The translations under genes were made by a program, and so were the position numbers. A DNA stretch of 59,721 nt from a virus (lineage: Duplodnaviria > Caudoviricetes): positions 1 to 59,721 of IMG/VR virus record IMGVR_UViG_3300037459_000161; one strand, 5' to 3'. The notes under the pieces were generated by a model. It made no database searches. It was not told the DNA's origin and saw nothing but the letters and a program-made list of their open reading frames with translations. Below are positions 39,399 through 50,626 of this stretch, piece after piece (the stretch's first letter is position 1; each line of letters starts with the position of its first letter).

Positions 39399-40564
39399 AT
39401 TACAACATCTGTTTCTACAGTTTGAATACCTAAAACATTTTGAATATCTTTATCACGCTCTGTTTTTGGTTCTGCTTCTACGGTTAAACCTGCTCCAATT
39501 ACATCAGTTAAAATTGCATCTTTAGATAATTCAAGTGTGTAAGAATTTTTATTTATAAATGACAAAACAGTTGATCTACCACCTTCGATATCTAAAACAA
39601 ATTCAACAGCATTAATCAACATTCTTGAATCTATACCTGCATAATCACTATGTACACGAACTATTGTATTTGTTTTCCATATAGCGCCTGTTTGATTTCT
39701 ATATCCCTGTACTGTTGCACTGTAAACATTTCCTCTAGCATTTCTTATATTTTGTTCCCAAATAGCACGATCTCTTAAAGATGAACCAGTATTTTCAGCG
39801 ACTAAAGCTAATTGTCTACCTTTTCTAATTTCATTATCTAAAATTGAAACACTTTGGTGTACCAACTCTTCATTTTTTATATCACCAGCATTAATTATAG
39901 TATTTGGATTTTGTTGAGTTGATATTCTATATACATTATATCTTCCTGTTGAATCATAACTATATGAATAAGACTTTACATTATTTAAACCATTAATATC
40001 TCCAACTCTATGACGTATTGAAGCATCAATTTCATTACCAGAAGATCTAGTTATAACTAAATTACCAAGAGAATTACTAGAAAGTAAAACTTGTTTTTTT
40101 CTAGCTAAACTTTCTATAAAATTCCAAACAGTTTCTCCATCTTCACCAGATTCTAAATCATCAACTTTTTTAAAAGGAGTTGGAGTAAATTCCTCTATAA
40201 CTTCAATTGAACTACCAATATTTATCAAAGCTTTTTCAATTATTATTTTTAATGTAGTTGATGTTGTTACTTCTATTCCTTTTGATAATTTTGAATCTAA
40301 AATATCACCAGTTCTATCTCTACCAGTTAACTCAATATTGTGTGAAGTTGAATCACCATCTACATCTACAACTTCAATAAAGCCTGTCAATACAATTTCA
40401 CCATCAACTTCAACTTGACAATCTTCTCCACCCTTAAATGGAAGTGGTATCCCAGGTTTCTTTACAGCATTAAACGAAAAAGTGTCACTTAGAGCATCTA
40501 ATCTATTAGAAACACTTGCTGTTGACCATCCTCGATACCTTTTATTGTTTACAATGATTTTCAT
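39395..40564 (-). CDS. Baseplate hub (Mu gpP/gp44-like)
   Basis: YRGW, VLTGFIE, GRDRTGDILDS, GETVWNFIE.LAR, G.LVITR. Confidence 0.87.
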   Translation of the reverse strand: MKIIVNNKRYRGWSTASVSNRLDALSDTFSFNAVKKPGIPLPFKGGEDCQVEVDGEIVLTGFIEVVDVDGDSTSHNIELTGRDRTGDILDSKLSKGIEVTTSTTLKIIIEKALINIGSSIEVIEEFTPTPFKKVDDLESGEDGETVWNFIESLARKKQVLLSSNSLGNLVITRSSGNEIDASIRHRVGDINGLNNVKSYSYSYDSTGRYNVYRISTQQNPNTIINAGDIKNEELVHQSVSILDNEIRKGRQLALVAENTGSSLRDRAIWEQNIRNARGNVYSATVQGYRNQTGAIWKTNTIVRVHSDYAGIDSRMLINAVEFVLDIEGGRSTVLSFINKNSYTLELSKDAILTDVIGAGLTVEAEPKTERDKDIQNVLGIQTVETDVVI

Positions 40565-41805
40565 GTTGTAAGTATATTTATTTTTCCTGTATGATATGCA
40601 TAATCATACAGATTGTTTAAACGTGCTATATCCTCTGCTGTGTCAGAAGATCCATAATAAAGATACACTAAATTTCTAACTGACATAGGATTAACATCAA
40701 CTTCAATTATTTTGCTAGCATTTAATTTCTTTTTATCAAAAAATCCCTGCGAAGCAGTTCTTAAATCAGTCAATTTTTCAATAACATCAGTTGGTGTACC
40801 AGGATCAAGTGCAATTTTTTGAAATTGAATTTCTAAATCTGAAACTGTTGTTACAATTTCATCAACAGTTAAGAAATCTATTATTGCAGCAGCTAAATAT
40901 GCATTAGCTAATGCATTAATTTGAACAGCAGCTTTAAAAACATGATTATTTTGATTTTGTCTTGACGAACTAGGCGTTGAATGATTTGAATCTGGCAATA
41001 AATCATCAAAATCAAACAATTTTTTAAAAGCTTCTAATGTTGCTTCTGCTGTTTGATGTAAAGCACCAATAGTAGAGAAAGAATCTCTAATACTATCTGC
41101 TAAATCTGTCGGTGTAAGAACTAATTGAGAAGCATCAGCAGCAAAATCATTTAAAAACTGGTTATATTTGTTGATTTCATTTGCTAGTTCTGTAACTGGT
41201 TTTACTTTTTCTCTCATTTCATCAATAAAACTATTAACCCTATCTATAGACTTTTTTAATTCACCAGAAAATGTAGGATCAACTTTAAAAAGATCACCAA
41301 AAGCATCTTCAAGGGTTTGCAATGTTAATACAACATGCAATTGCATACCAAAGAATTCATCTTTTTCAACTATTGGTGTTATATTTGTATTTGAAATAGC
41401 AAAAACAATTGTTATTCTACCAATACCAACTTCATTCAAATTTTCTGTGATATTGAATGATTTACATACAATATTTTTAATTGGCCCATACCATGGATGA
41501 ATTAATTCACCAGGACCACTACCATCTTCTAAAGCATCAAGCAATCCATCTCTTATATTTTTATATGATGTAATAATTTTACCTTTTTCAGAAAATCTTG
41601 GAGCAATGATACAATTTAATGAGTATTCTCTTTGTTTCAAACCCATATCTTCAATAAATTGCCTATCAGAATCAGCTATATCATGATGTGCTTGTTTTCT
41701 TCCACCGTCGATACCAGACGATTGAACAAAAAATGGAGCAAGTTTATATGATGCTTCTTCTAATGTTTCAAGCATCGCTAGTAAAACTTCATTTTCAGTT
41801 GACAT
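40561..41805 (-). CDS. DNA circularisation / tail protein (Mu gpN-like)
   Basis: ASYKLAPF, GGRK, EDMG, GPGELIHPWYG, C-terminal YYG...IARLN. Confidence 0.87.
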   Translation of the reverse strand: MSTENEVLLAMLETLEEASYKLAPFFVQSSGIDGGRKQAHHDIADSDRQFIEDMGLKQREYSLNCIIAPRFSEKGKIITSYKNIRDGLLDALEDGSGPGELIHPWYGPIKNIVCKSFNITENLNEVGIGRITIVFAISNTNITPIVEKDEFFGMQLHVVLTLQTLEDAFGDLFKVDPTFSGELKKSIDRVNSFIDEMREKVKPVTELANEINKYNQFLNDFAADASQLVLTPTDLADSIRDSFSTIGALHQTAEATLEAFKKLFDFDDLLPDSNHSTPSSSRQNQNNHVFKAAVQINALANAYLAAAIIDFLTVDEIVTTVSDLEIQFQKIALDPGTPTDVIEKLTDLRTASQGFFDKKKLNASKIIEVDVNPMSVRNLVYLYYGSSDTAEDIARLNNLYDYAYHTGKINILTT

Positions 41806-43364
41806 TACGGAAATCCATGAATCATATTAACACCAATATCAGCAGCGTCTGGACCACTAGTTTTAGTTCTAACATTTGCGCTTGTTCCTGGGTTTGCAGT
41901 TAATTCAACAGCAATTCTTGCTTCTGATTTTCTCATGATTTCTGCTTGTCCACTTACACTAAACTTTTTAGCTTTATCACTAAAACCAAACCAACCTTTC
42001 ACTACATTCCAAACCTTAATAACTTTATCCCAATTCATAGCTAAAAATGATCCGAGTGCAGCAACAATAGCTACAATTGCAATCGGCCAACCAACTAAAG
42101 CAGCACCTATGCCAGCAATAATAGAAACACCAGGAGTTATAAAAGCAAGAAATGCACCAATAGTCGCAAATAATGGAGCAATAACTGCTGCTAAACCTAA
42201 AATTACAGCAACAGTTTGTTTGATATAAACATTCCAACTCTTAAACCATACAACCAAAAATCTAATTGTTTTACCAATTGCTTTAATTACTGGTGCAAAA
42301 AAAGATCCAAGTTCTGCTCCAAGTAATGTAATTGCACCCCAAGTTTCTGAAACTGATTGATTAAGTGTTTCCATCTGCAATGCTACAGCTTTATCAAGTA
42401 AACCAGTTCCCATTTTACCAATTGATTTAATTATTTTCTTTACAGATGTATCAGTCAAAGCCATTGCAGCACCAGAAGCTTCAATGCTTGGTATAGCTTT
42501 TTTCAAATGATCTATATTTTTTTCACCCATAATTGCAAGATTTTGAAGTGTTTTAGTCCAACCAATTGTTCTAAGTTCTGAAGCTGTTGTTGCAATTCCA
42601 TATTTTTTCAATAGTGGAATAGCTTCTTTACTTGGCGCAGTAAGTGAATTAATTAAAGCCTTAATACCAGTCATTGATTCTTCTGTTGAAAATGACTGTG
42701 TAAGTTCGGCAGTTGTAGCTAAAAGTTCTTTATATTCAATACCAACAGCACTAGCAGTTTTTGCAACTTTACCAATATTTCTAGCAAGTTTTTCAACATC
42801 TGTTGTACCACCTAATTGTGCTACAAAAAATGCATCTGTTACATCTGTTGCATCTAACATCTGATCTTGATAAGCGTTCATAACTCTAGCAGTACCTAAA
42901 GTTGCAACTGCTAAATTTGAAGCGCCACCAATAGCTAATTCTTGTGCGGCAGTAAAAGCGTTAAATGTTGATTCACTTGCACCTAATGCAGATATAGTAT
43001 CAAATAATGCTTGATTAGCTTCGTCCATTCCAAAACCCATTAACAAGGAATTTTCAGCTAATTCTTTAACTTTCTTTCCATATTTTTTTATACCATCTCC
43101 TTCTACCAATAACGTTAAAACATTTGTAACACCCTTTTCCATATCTCCAAATGCTTTTGCAGATGCAGCAATAGCAGCAGCAGCGGCTAAAGACATATTT
43201 CTTGTAGCAGTTCCAATTGCTTTCATTCTTGATGCTGTTCTTTTCATTGTAGCGTTTACTTTTTTGAAATTCGTTTGCATCAATTTGGTTTTAGAATTAA
43301 TCTTATCAGCAATTCTACTGAATTTATCTTTTGCGTAAAATGACCACCCTACTTGATTCGCCAT
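41805..43364 (-). CDS. Tape measure protein
   Basis: Ala-rich helical protein with TP901-like core and hydrophobic C-terminus; follows the chaperones. Confidence 0.88.
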   Translation of the reverse strand: MANQVGWSFYAKDKFSRIADKINSKTKLMQTNFKKVNATMKRTASRMKAIGTATRNMSLAAAAAIAASAKAFGDMEKGVTNVLTLLVEGDGIKKYGKKVKELAENSLLMGFGMDEANQALFDTISALGASESTFNAFTAAQELAIGGASNLAVATLGTARVMNAYQDQMLDATDVTDAFFVAQLGGTTDVEKLARNIGKVAKTASAVGIEYKELLATTAELTQSFSTEESMTGIKALINSLTAPSKEAIPLLKKYGIATTASELRTIGWTKTLQNLAIMGEKNIDHLKKAIPSIEASGAAMALTDTSVKKIIKSIGKMGTGLLDKAVALQMETLNQSVSETWGAITLLGAELGSFFAPVIKAIGKTIRFLVVWFKSWNVYIKQTVAVILGLAAVIAPLFATIGAFLAFITPGVSIIAGIGAALVGWPIAIVAIVAALGSFLAMNWDKVIKVWNVVKGWFGFSDKAKKFSVSGQAEIMRKSEARIAVELTANPGTSANVRTKTSGPDAADIGVNMIHGFP

Positions 43365-43547
43365 TTATTTTCTCGATCTCTCTTTAGCAATTCTTTGACA
43401 TTGTTCTTGCAAAATCATAAATTCTGGAATAGGCATATCTCTTAAAGTTTCATAACTAATTGCGCCTTCAAAGTTAACCATTACGTTTGTGAATCCTTTG
43501 ATATATTCTTCTTCGCTTGCCCCAATGAAAACGCTAGTGTGAAATTT
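43365..43547 (-). CDS. Tail assembly chaperone -1 frameshift extension (gpGT-like)
   Basis: Slippery A-AAT-TTC at 43547-43541; -1 frame open to TAA at 43365, next to the TMP start. Confidence 0.7.
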   Translation of the reverse strand, partial: KFHTSVFIGASEEEYIKGFTNVMVNFEGAISYETLRDMPIPEFMILQEQCQRIAKERSRK

Positions 43548-44002
43548 ACAAGATATTCTCCAAGCATATTTTCAAAATCATCAACACTCATTCTATTAAT
43601 TGTTTCTTTATTCAACTTGATTTCACCATTAATCATTGCAATCCCAGTACCAGCGAATAACAACCTTGCAATATCTAAAGTATCTGCAAGATTTACATTT
43701 CTTGAAATTGCAATTAATTGCATAACATCTGGACCTTTGATATCAGTTGGATCTTTATCTTGAACATTTAATTTTGTTTCAGAGCTATCTTGTTGTTCTT
43801 GCATTGATCGAAAAAAAGCTTGCTTTAATTCGCAACACTCGCGCGCGTGCCTAGAAGTAGGAGCGTGAAGTTCAATATACTTTGCATCATCTTGTGCTGA
43901 TCCATTTGCAAATTTGAATTTAGTTGTAATATCAAAAGTAAATTTTGTCTTGATTTCAGGGACTTCTTCAATTTCATTTAATTCTTCAATTCCATTTTCC
44001 AT
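43481..44002 (-). CDS. Tail assembly chaperone
   Basis: Between the tube and tape measure genes. Confidence 0.75.
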   Translation of the reverse strand: MENGIEELNEIEEVPEIKTKFTFDITTKFKFANGSAQDDAKYIELHAPTSRHARECCELKQAFFRSMQEQQDSSETKLNVQDKDPTDIKGPDVMQLIAISRNVNLADTLDIARLLFAGTGIAMINGEIKLNKETINRMSVDDFENMLGEYLVNFTLAFSLGQAKKNISKDSQT

Positions 44003-44019
44003 GACGGGTTTCCTCTTTA

Positions 44020-44409
44020 TTAAATTGCTGAATTGCCCATAAATTCAACATTGATAACACCTTCTGTTGCAATTTCAATTTCTGGATCATTAACCATTGC
44101 CGCTGCTATTACAGTTCTAGTTAAATCACCTTCTGCTGTACTTCCAGCAATACCAACAACATTTTGATTTCCTTTTGATTTCCATCCACGAGCACTTTCT
44201 GCATTTTCTGGTGTAGTATGCAAATCAAACATTACCTTACTTAAAGCAGTTTCAACATCTCTTGAATAAACCTGTTCTGTTTTTCCATTACCAAGAGATG
44301 CAGATCTCATATTTTGTTCGCCAAAACCCTCTGTGAATTTTAGACTATTAGGAACAATTGCAAGAATAATATCATTTACCATTACCGTAGCGTCAGCTAG
44401 TTGAATCAT
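44020..44409 (-). CDS. Tail tube protein
   Basis: 129-aa beta-rich protein right after the sheath. Confidence 0.75.
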   Translation of the reverse strand: MIQLADATVMVNDIILAIVPNSLKFTEGFGEQNMRSASLGNGKTEQVYSRDVETALSKVMFDLHTTPENAESARGWKSKGNQNVVGIAGSTAEGDLTRTVIAAAMVNDPEIEIATEGVINVEFMGNSAI

Positions 44410-45972
44410 TTAATCCTCCAATGAGAAAGCAATTTTAATAGTTGCTTGAATAACTCTCAATTGTGTAATAATAGGAAGGAACATCGTAATTGTAACCTTG
44501 CCATTTTCTAGATCTAGAACAATTGTGATGTTCTTTTTGAAATAAACAAATGCATCCTCCCCATCTTGAACCAAAACAAAATTTACACCAGAAAGATCTT
44601 TATAAAGTTGCTCTGTATATTGTATAATAATAACTGCATTTGCCATCTCTCTACCACGAGAAACATTACCAGTTGTTAGTCGAGATTGAGCAAATCGTTT
44701 TTTATAATTATTGAAAAAATATTCTCGACAATTACTTGTTGTATCAACGTAATTCAAGAAACTAAATGTAGCATCTACATTTGAAGCAGCATCAGTTTTA
44801 TACGTTGTTACAACTTCACCAACTAGTGCATTCGTTCCAGTAATATTTCCACCCATTACTGAAATACCAGAAGCTTGTAGAGTACCAATTTGAACAGCAG
44901 TGAAACCCCTACCAGAAGCAACTACAGGAAGTTGAGGGATTATTGTGTTGAAATAAGGTAGTGACGCTAAAGCGGGTCCACCAAATTGATCCAAAGAAGC
45001 AGCACTTGTTAAATACTGTGCAATAGCAGCACCCTCTGTTAGTCGCAAAGAACGAACTGCTGCAAAGTAAGCACATTTGATATATGATGCTTCATTTTGT
45101 GATGGTCCTTCATAATTTGCTTCGCTAATAATTTTATCACCAAATAAAACCAAGCTTTCAGAATTTTCTGCATCTCCATCTGTAATCAAAGCAGAATGTG
45201 TATCAACATTCATACAAAAACCAACACCATCTTTGATATCATTTGCAATATTAAATCTAGGATCTAAAAACAAAAGCAAAGTATCAAGTTGTGTAGCACT
45301 ACCATAAGGCCAAAGAACAGTTTGATATCTTTCTGTTGCAACCGCTAACGTAGCTGTTAAAACAGGATCAACAGAACCAGCAACAGTTTCTGCAACCAAG
45401 AAACTAGTTACACCAGCAATTGTACCACTAACTTCAAAACCATGTGAATTAGCAACTGTACCATCATTATCTGCTGTAAAAGTAACTACACCAGCAACAT
45501 TTGAAGCTGTAAATGGATTATCAAGATCCAAATTAACCTTTGCAACAATTGCTGCTGCAATTACAGTTTCGCTATCTCCATCAGCAACAGCAATTTCATA
45601 ACGGTGCAACTTTTCAGAACCAGCAACAACAACTAGTGTACCAGCTTCGGTTGCTGTAGCTACAACTGTAATTGTAACTAGTCGCGGAACACCAGAACCA
45701 TCATCATCAAGTGGAATTGCATCAATTTGAACAAGTGGATTAATTTTTCTAAATGCTCTAATCGCACCAGCAAGTTGAGAGTTTACTCCAAACAAACCAT
45801 CTTCAGGAGAACCAGAACTTAGAATATTAGTTTCAAGTAAATCTACAGTAGCAGTACCAGCAGTGACTTTTTGCCCTATGATTAAAGCCTTTTGTGCTTT
45901 ATTGCTGACTTCTCTATCTGCATTCGCCAGCGTAATAGACACATCAGGTTGTTTGATTATTGTTTGTGCCAT
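44410..45972 (-). CDS. Contractile tail sheath (Mu gpL-like)
   Basis: KALIIGQK, LFGVNSQL, VTTYKTD....D. Confidence 0.9.
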   Translation of the reverse strand: MAQTIIKQPDVSITLANADREVSNKAQKALIIGQKVTAGTATVDLLETNILSSGSPEDGLFGVNSQLAGAIRAFRKINPLVQIDAIPLDDDGSGVPRLVTITVVATATEAGTLVVVAGSEKLHRYEIAVADGDSETVIAAAIVAKVNLDLDNPFTASNVAGVVTFTADNDGTVANSHGFEVSGTIAGVTSFLVAETVAGSVDPVLTATLAVATERYQTVLWPYGSATQLDTLLLFLDPRFNIANDIKDGVGFCMNVDTHSALITDGDAENSESLVLFGDKIISEANYEGPSQNEASYIKCAYFAAVRSLRLTEGAAIAQYLTSAASLDQFGGPALASLPYFNTIIPQLPVVASGRGFTAVQIGTLQASGISVMGGNITGTNALVGEVVTTYKTDAASNVDATFSFLNYVDTTSNCREYFFNNYKKRFAQSRLTTGNVSRGREMANAVIIIQYTEQLYKDLSGVNFVLVQDGEDAFVYFKKNITIVLDLENGKVTITMFLPIITQLRVIQATIKIAFSLED

Positions 45973-46214
45973 TATTCTTTCTCCTCATTACGACTACACC
46001 TATCAAAAGAATCAATTTGTTTTTCTCTAATAGGTTTAGTCTTTTGTTTTGGTGCTGGCGAACCAACTATTTCACAGCAACCATCAATCTTTGCATCGTT
46101 TAAACGGTCTTGCCAGAAGAAATCGACGGGTGTTCCTTTTTCATCTGTTACTACATTTACAACTTGCCCCTCAACATAGGGAGGCATTTTTCTATTTACT
46201 TTAATTTGAATCAT
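45972..46214 (-). CDS. Small pre-sheath protein (Mu gp38/DUF2635-like)
   Basis: FWQDRLND; position. Confidence 0.6.
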   Translation of the reverse strand: MIQIKVNRKMPPYVEGQVVNVVTDEKGTPVDFFWQDRLNDAKIDGCCEIVGSPAPKQKTKPIREKQIDSFDRCSRNEEKE

Positions 46215-46226
46215 TTTTATTACTCC

Positions 46227-47318
46227 CTATAATGAGGTATCATCTAAATCAACTGTACCACTCATGAAATTAACTTGTGTTCCAAAATCAAGAAACAATT
46301 TAAAATCAATATCATTAAGCCTTACATCTAAATCATGACCAACTGTATCTTCTTCATAAATATCAGTCATTTGTTCAAACGCAAATTCATGAACATACAA
46401 AGAACCATTATAATTATATAGGCTATGACCAGTAAAACTAACTGGATTCAATTGGCTAGCATACAAACCAGTATCAAATTTAGTAAATAGTAAAGATCTA
46501 AAAAGTGGTCTAGAAATATCATGAATTACGTCTCTAGCTTTTCTAGCTGCAATTTCAGTTTCTGCCGGTACAAATATATATACAGCAAAAGTTTCTATAA
46601 CTTGTTGACGATAATTTGAATTTTTAGTTTGTATAGAAATTGCATCTGTTTCATGTGTTCTAGCAACTGAAGCAACAGTACCACCCATAACAACTACAGC
46701 CCAAAGATCATCTGTTTTTTGTTTTGTATATGCTTTCATTGCTATTTCAATTTCAATTGCTGTACTTATTCTTGGTTTTGTTCTAGCAATAATTGTTCCT
46801 TCTGGATCTCCAAGTGTTGTAACTGTATGAATAAAATTAAAACTTGAATCACTTAAAATTTCAGAAACAGGATAAGTTGAATTATAAGTATTCAAATCGC
46901 CGTGTGCATCTCTTAAAACTGGTGAACCTGTTGCATTTGTGGGGCCAGAATCTGTCATTGTAAAAGTAATTGTTTTTCTATTGTCAATGTTTAAACGAGT
47001 AAATGTTCCATTAAATTCAGCTTCCGTTGCACCAGCGATTCTAATTGTTGTAGCAATACTATTTGATAAATCATGATTAATTGCACAAATTAATGTACCT
47101 ATCGCGCCCGCGCGCGTAAGAGAATTAATTACAATCGGAACATCACTAGCAGTAAAAGCAACTGCTTCATTTATCTTTAAACCATGTTTTTCTTTGCATT
47201 GCACAGTAATAACTGTTCCACTTCTAATCATAGATTCAACATTAATATCATTAGTAAATTTATCAGTTAGTTGTGGAAGCAAAGTAAACATTTGATTTAC
47301 GATATCAGAGGCTTTCAT
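46227..47318 (-). CDS. Tail terminator/completion protein with inserted beta-modules
   Basis: Position before the sheath; C-terminal LYVHEFAFE. Confidence 0.6.
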   Translation of the reverse strand: MKASDIVNQMFTLLPQLTDKFTNDINVESMIRSGTVITVQCKEKHGLKINEAVAFTASDVPIVINSLTRAGAIGTLICAINHDLSNSIATTIRIAGATEAEFNGTFTRLNIDNRKTITFTMTDSGPTNATGSPVLRDAHGDLNTYNSTYPVSEILSDSSFNFIHTVTTLGDPEGTIIARTKPRISTAIEIEIAMKAYTKQKTDDLWAVVVMGGTVASVARTHETDAISIQTKNSNYRQQVIETFAVYIFVPAETEIAARKARDVIHDISRPLFRSLLFTKFDTGLYASQLNPVSFTGHSLYNYNGSLYVHEFAFEQMTDIYEEDTVGHDLDVRLNDIDFKLFLDFGTQVNFMSGTVDLDDTSL

Positions 47319-47800
47319 TACAATCTCTTGAATTCAATTTTTAATTTTGACATAAACATAGAAGCTTCTTTTTCTTTAGTAGCTTTTATTGCATTTTCAA
47401 TACTAGGTCTTGCTGCAACTTTTCTTTTTGTACTTCCTTCTTCTACTGTCAAGCTATAATCAGGATCTTTTTTAATTGCAAAACCATAACCAAAATCCAT
47501 TCTTGACGAACCATGAACTTTGAAACTAGTTGCTGCTCTTAATCTACCAGTAAGATTTGCGTGAGTTTCGCCAGGAGCAGAAGCAATATGTTTAATAATT
47601 CTACCTCTAACGCGAATGTAATATGTTTTACCTGCTTTTGGTTTTCTTGCCATTTCTTTTCTAGCTTGAAGTTCCATTGTCTTACCAAGTAAAAACCAAG
47701 ATTGTCTAATCGCTCGTCTAGTTTTGAAACGCATTTTACTTATCTTTTTAAACTCTTTAGAATTTCTAATATCAGCTTCAAAACCAATAATTCCACTCAT
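47318..47800 (-). CDS. Neck/tail-completion protein (HK97 gp10-like)
   Basis: HIASAPGE....TGRL, EEGS..VAARP. Confidence 0.75.
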   Translation of the reverse strand: MSGIIGFEADIRNSKEFKKISKMRFKTRRAIRQSWFLLGKTMELQARKEMARKPKAGKTYYIRVRGRIIKHIASAPGETHANLTGRLRAATSFKVHGSSRMDFGYGFAIKKDPDYSLTVEEGSTKRKVAARPSIENAIKATKEKEASMFMSKLKIEFKRL

Positions 47801-48180
47801 ACCTGTGATGCTCCGAGATCTTTATCACCCTTATCTACGCATCTCAAAATCATGAAATTATTTTCTTCATTCCAATTTTCTACATCAACAATTTTCAAAT
47901 TTCTATTTTTTAATTCAACCCACGTTTCAGAAGTTACAGTTGATTTATATCTAATTACAATTTCGTGTGTCAAAGAAATATCACTTCCAATTCCTTTGAA
48001 AAACATTTTTCCACCAGCCGTATTCACTTGAGCCCAAATTTCTTCACCTTTAAAATCTTCTGTAAAATCAACACCATTAAATATAGGTGGTGTTAATGTT
48101 CTAACATGCAAAATAATTCTATCTTGCATATTCCCAAGTTCGGGTTCTTTTCTTATACGTTTAAACGATTCCTTAATCAC
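47797..48180 (-). CDS. Head closure (head-tail adaptor) protein
   Basis: GNMQDRIIL, IWAQV, THEIVIRY, LRC. Confidence 0.82.
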   Translation of the reverse strand: MIKESFKRIRKEPELGNMQDRIILHVRTLTPPIFNGVDFTEDFKGEEIWAQVNTAGGKMFFKGIGSDISLTHEIVIRYKSTVTSETWVELKNRNLKIVDVENWNEENNFMILRCVDKGDKDLGASQV

Positions 48181-50063
48181 ACAAACTACCTTTGATTGTA
48201 TAGCAAAGAACGTCTGTTGAAATTAGACCAACACCACCATTCATAATTACTTCAACATCAATATCAAGTTCATCTCTAGATCTAACATCTAAATGTGCAG
48301 CTTGATTATTTAATAATGTTCCTTTATAACCCCAATCTCTTTTATCAATATTTGCAGTTCCAAATTCATCCATCGTAACCAAGACACCTAAAATTGCTCT
48401 TACTCTATTCCCTTTAGCAGCACTATCGGTAATTGAATCTGCAATTGTGATAGTACCTGCAACTGTGTCAACTGCATTAACATTAGAAGGTGGGTGAATT
48501 GTTCCATCGTCTAATGTTACTTCTACATCATAACCTGTAACAAACAAACCAGTATTAGTTACACTTAAAATTGTTTGTCCACTAGCTTCTAATACAGAAA
48601 TTGATTCATCAATACTTGGATCATAAACTTTAAAAGAACAACTTGCACCGGCAGCATCATTCAAGACAACTCGATTTTCAGGATCAATAGGAGAAATAGC
48701 AAAAATTGTTTCGTCAGAATTTCTCTTGATTATCATTCTATCCATCAGTGAATCCCCGGCGAAACAATAATAGACGGTTTTGATTCAATGTCTACATCAA
48801 TAGATTTAGAACCTTCAGCACTAAATAAAATTGAAGGTGTTGATTTAATGTCTGCAAGTATTGATTTCCTACTACCAAAATCTACATAAACTGCATTTGA
48901 AGTTTTTGTTTTAAAATCAAGTGCAGTTTGCGCAGGAGGGTTACCAGGAATTACATCAACAGTAATTTCTGGAGTTTGCGTATAAAATTCTAATGGGTCA
49001 TTGCCAGTAAGATAAATTCTAAATTTCAATCTATCATCCTGAACCAAAGTAGGATCTATAATTTTAATTGAAAATTCAAGTTCAACTTCTGTTGCTAACT
49101 GAAAAGTAATATTGCCAGTAGTTGCTGGCACAGATTCCATTTGTCCAGTATTAGATGCAACATAAACTCCATCACCAAGCCTACCAAAAAAATCTGTAGT
49201 TGGATCATGATGAACTAAAACTCTATTCTCAGTTAATCTTGCAAGAGCACTCAATGCAGTAACACCAATATAACTTCCATCATTAAAAGATCGCCTAAGT
49301 GCAAAATCTTTTGTAGTACTTCCAGCACCCAACCATTGAATCAAAAATCTTAATCTAAGACCTCTAACGTCACCAATAAAACCAGGACCAGAAGCAGACC
49401 AATTAAAATTTTGATTTAAATTATTAATCCAAAAAGTGTTATTGTGTTCTGGAGCCCAAAAATATTTTGCACGCCAACGAAGTTGACGAAAATTATCTCC
49501 TGGTTGACCTACGATCATCATGATATGCTACCGCTATTCAAAGATTCCCTAATTGCATTTTCTAAATCTGTAGTTCTAATATCAGTTGCAAAATTATATT
49601 GCCTTCCCATTTCAACAATTTTTTCCATTATCAATCTAAAATCACCAGTTGAAGAAGCAACTAAAATTTGTCCTCTCATTTGTTCAAAACTTACGCGTGC
49701 GCCATAAAAACGATTATCATCTCTTTGTTTATCCCAAGTAAATTGGAACCTACTGTTAGTAATCTCGCGCGCGTAGAACGCAACAAAATCCATATCAGCA
49801 TCTAAACGCTGTTGAACAGTCCGCTCAGTTGCCCCCTTGAATACTGCTGTACTAACTTCATAAACATAAATATCTTCATCAGTAAGAATGGCAGTACTAT
49901 TTGGGCCATCTGTCCAATTGATTCCTTGAACATGTAATTTTTCAAGGTTCCAAGGAAAATCATCTGTTTCCGACCATTCCCAATTTTTAATTTCATCTGC
50001 ATAATAAATTGTAAAAGGAGGCACTCTATCCATTTCTGTTTGTGTTCTTTGTCTACCCATCAT
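48173..50063 (-). CDS. Three accessory virion or hypothetical proteins (48173-48745, 48745-49521, 49518-50063)
   Basis: Coupled ORFs inserted between the connector and closure genes. Confidence 0.7.
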
Positions 50064-50626
50064 ACTCTCACAATTCTATTTTGATTATAGAAAAAAGCAG
50101 CACCAGATTTTTTCGCTGCATCTTCAGTAGTAATGTCACCACGATTTTGATAAAGATATGCAATATGTTTTAGCATAGCTAATTTATATCCATCAATTTT
50201 TTCTGGGATTTTAGTTACAAATACAATTTCAATTGTTGCTTCTTTAACTTTGTCATCACCATCAGTCGGCCAAGATTTATCATCTTTCAATAAAATTTCA
50301 CTAAATTGCGTACCTATTTTCAAGTAATAAGTTGTAGAAATAATTGTTGTTAATACAGTTGCAAGTGTATATTGAACAGTAGTAACAGAGGCTACACGAG
50401 ATTTTTTTAAACAAATTCTAGTTTCAAAAGAATCAAGAAAAAGTTTCCATGTGCGCGCGCGTAAGTCTACTCCCATGTAGCCTTCTGCATACTGTTGAAC
50501 AGCAGAAATCATAAGTTGAATTAAACCATTATCCTCATCAGGTGGATCTTTCAAATAAGGTTTAACTTCCTTTGTAAGATCCAAAGCAAGATCGCCAGTA
50601 GTTACGATTTCATACCGTGTTGACAT
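50060..50626 (-). CDS. Head-tail connector (gp6/gp15-like)
   Basis: VKPYLK, LI..MISAV...AE.Y, K.AMLKHIAYLYQNRGD. Confidence 0.85.
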   Translation of the reverse strand: MSTRYEIVTTGDLALDLTKEVKPYLKDPPDEDNGLIQLMISAVQQYAEGYMGVDLRARTWKLFLDSFETRICLKKSRVASVTTVQYTLATVLTTIISTTYYLKIGTQFSEILLKDDKSWPTDGDDKVKEATIEIVFVTKIPEKIDGYKLAMLKHIAYLYQNRGDITTEDAAKKSGAAFFYNQNRIVRV

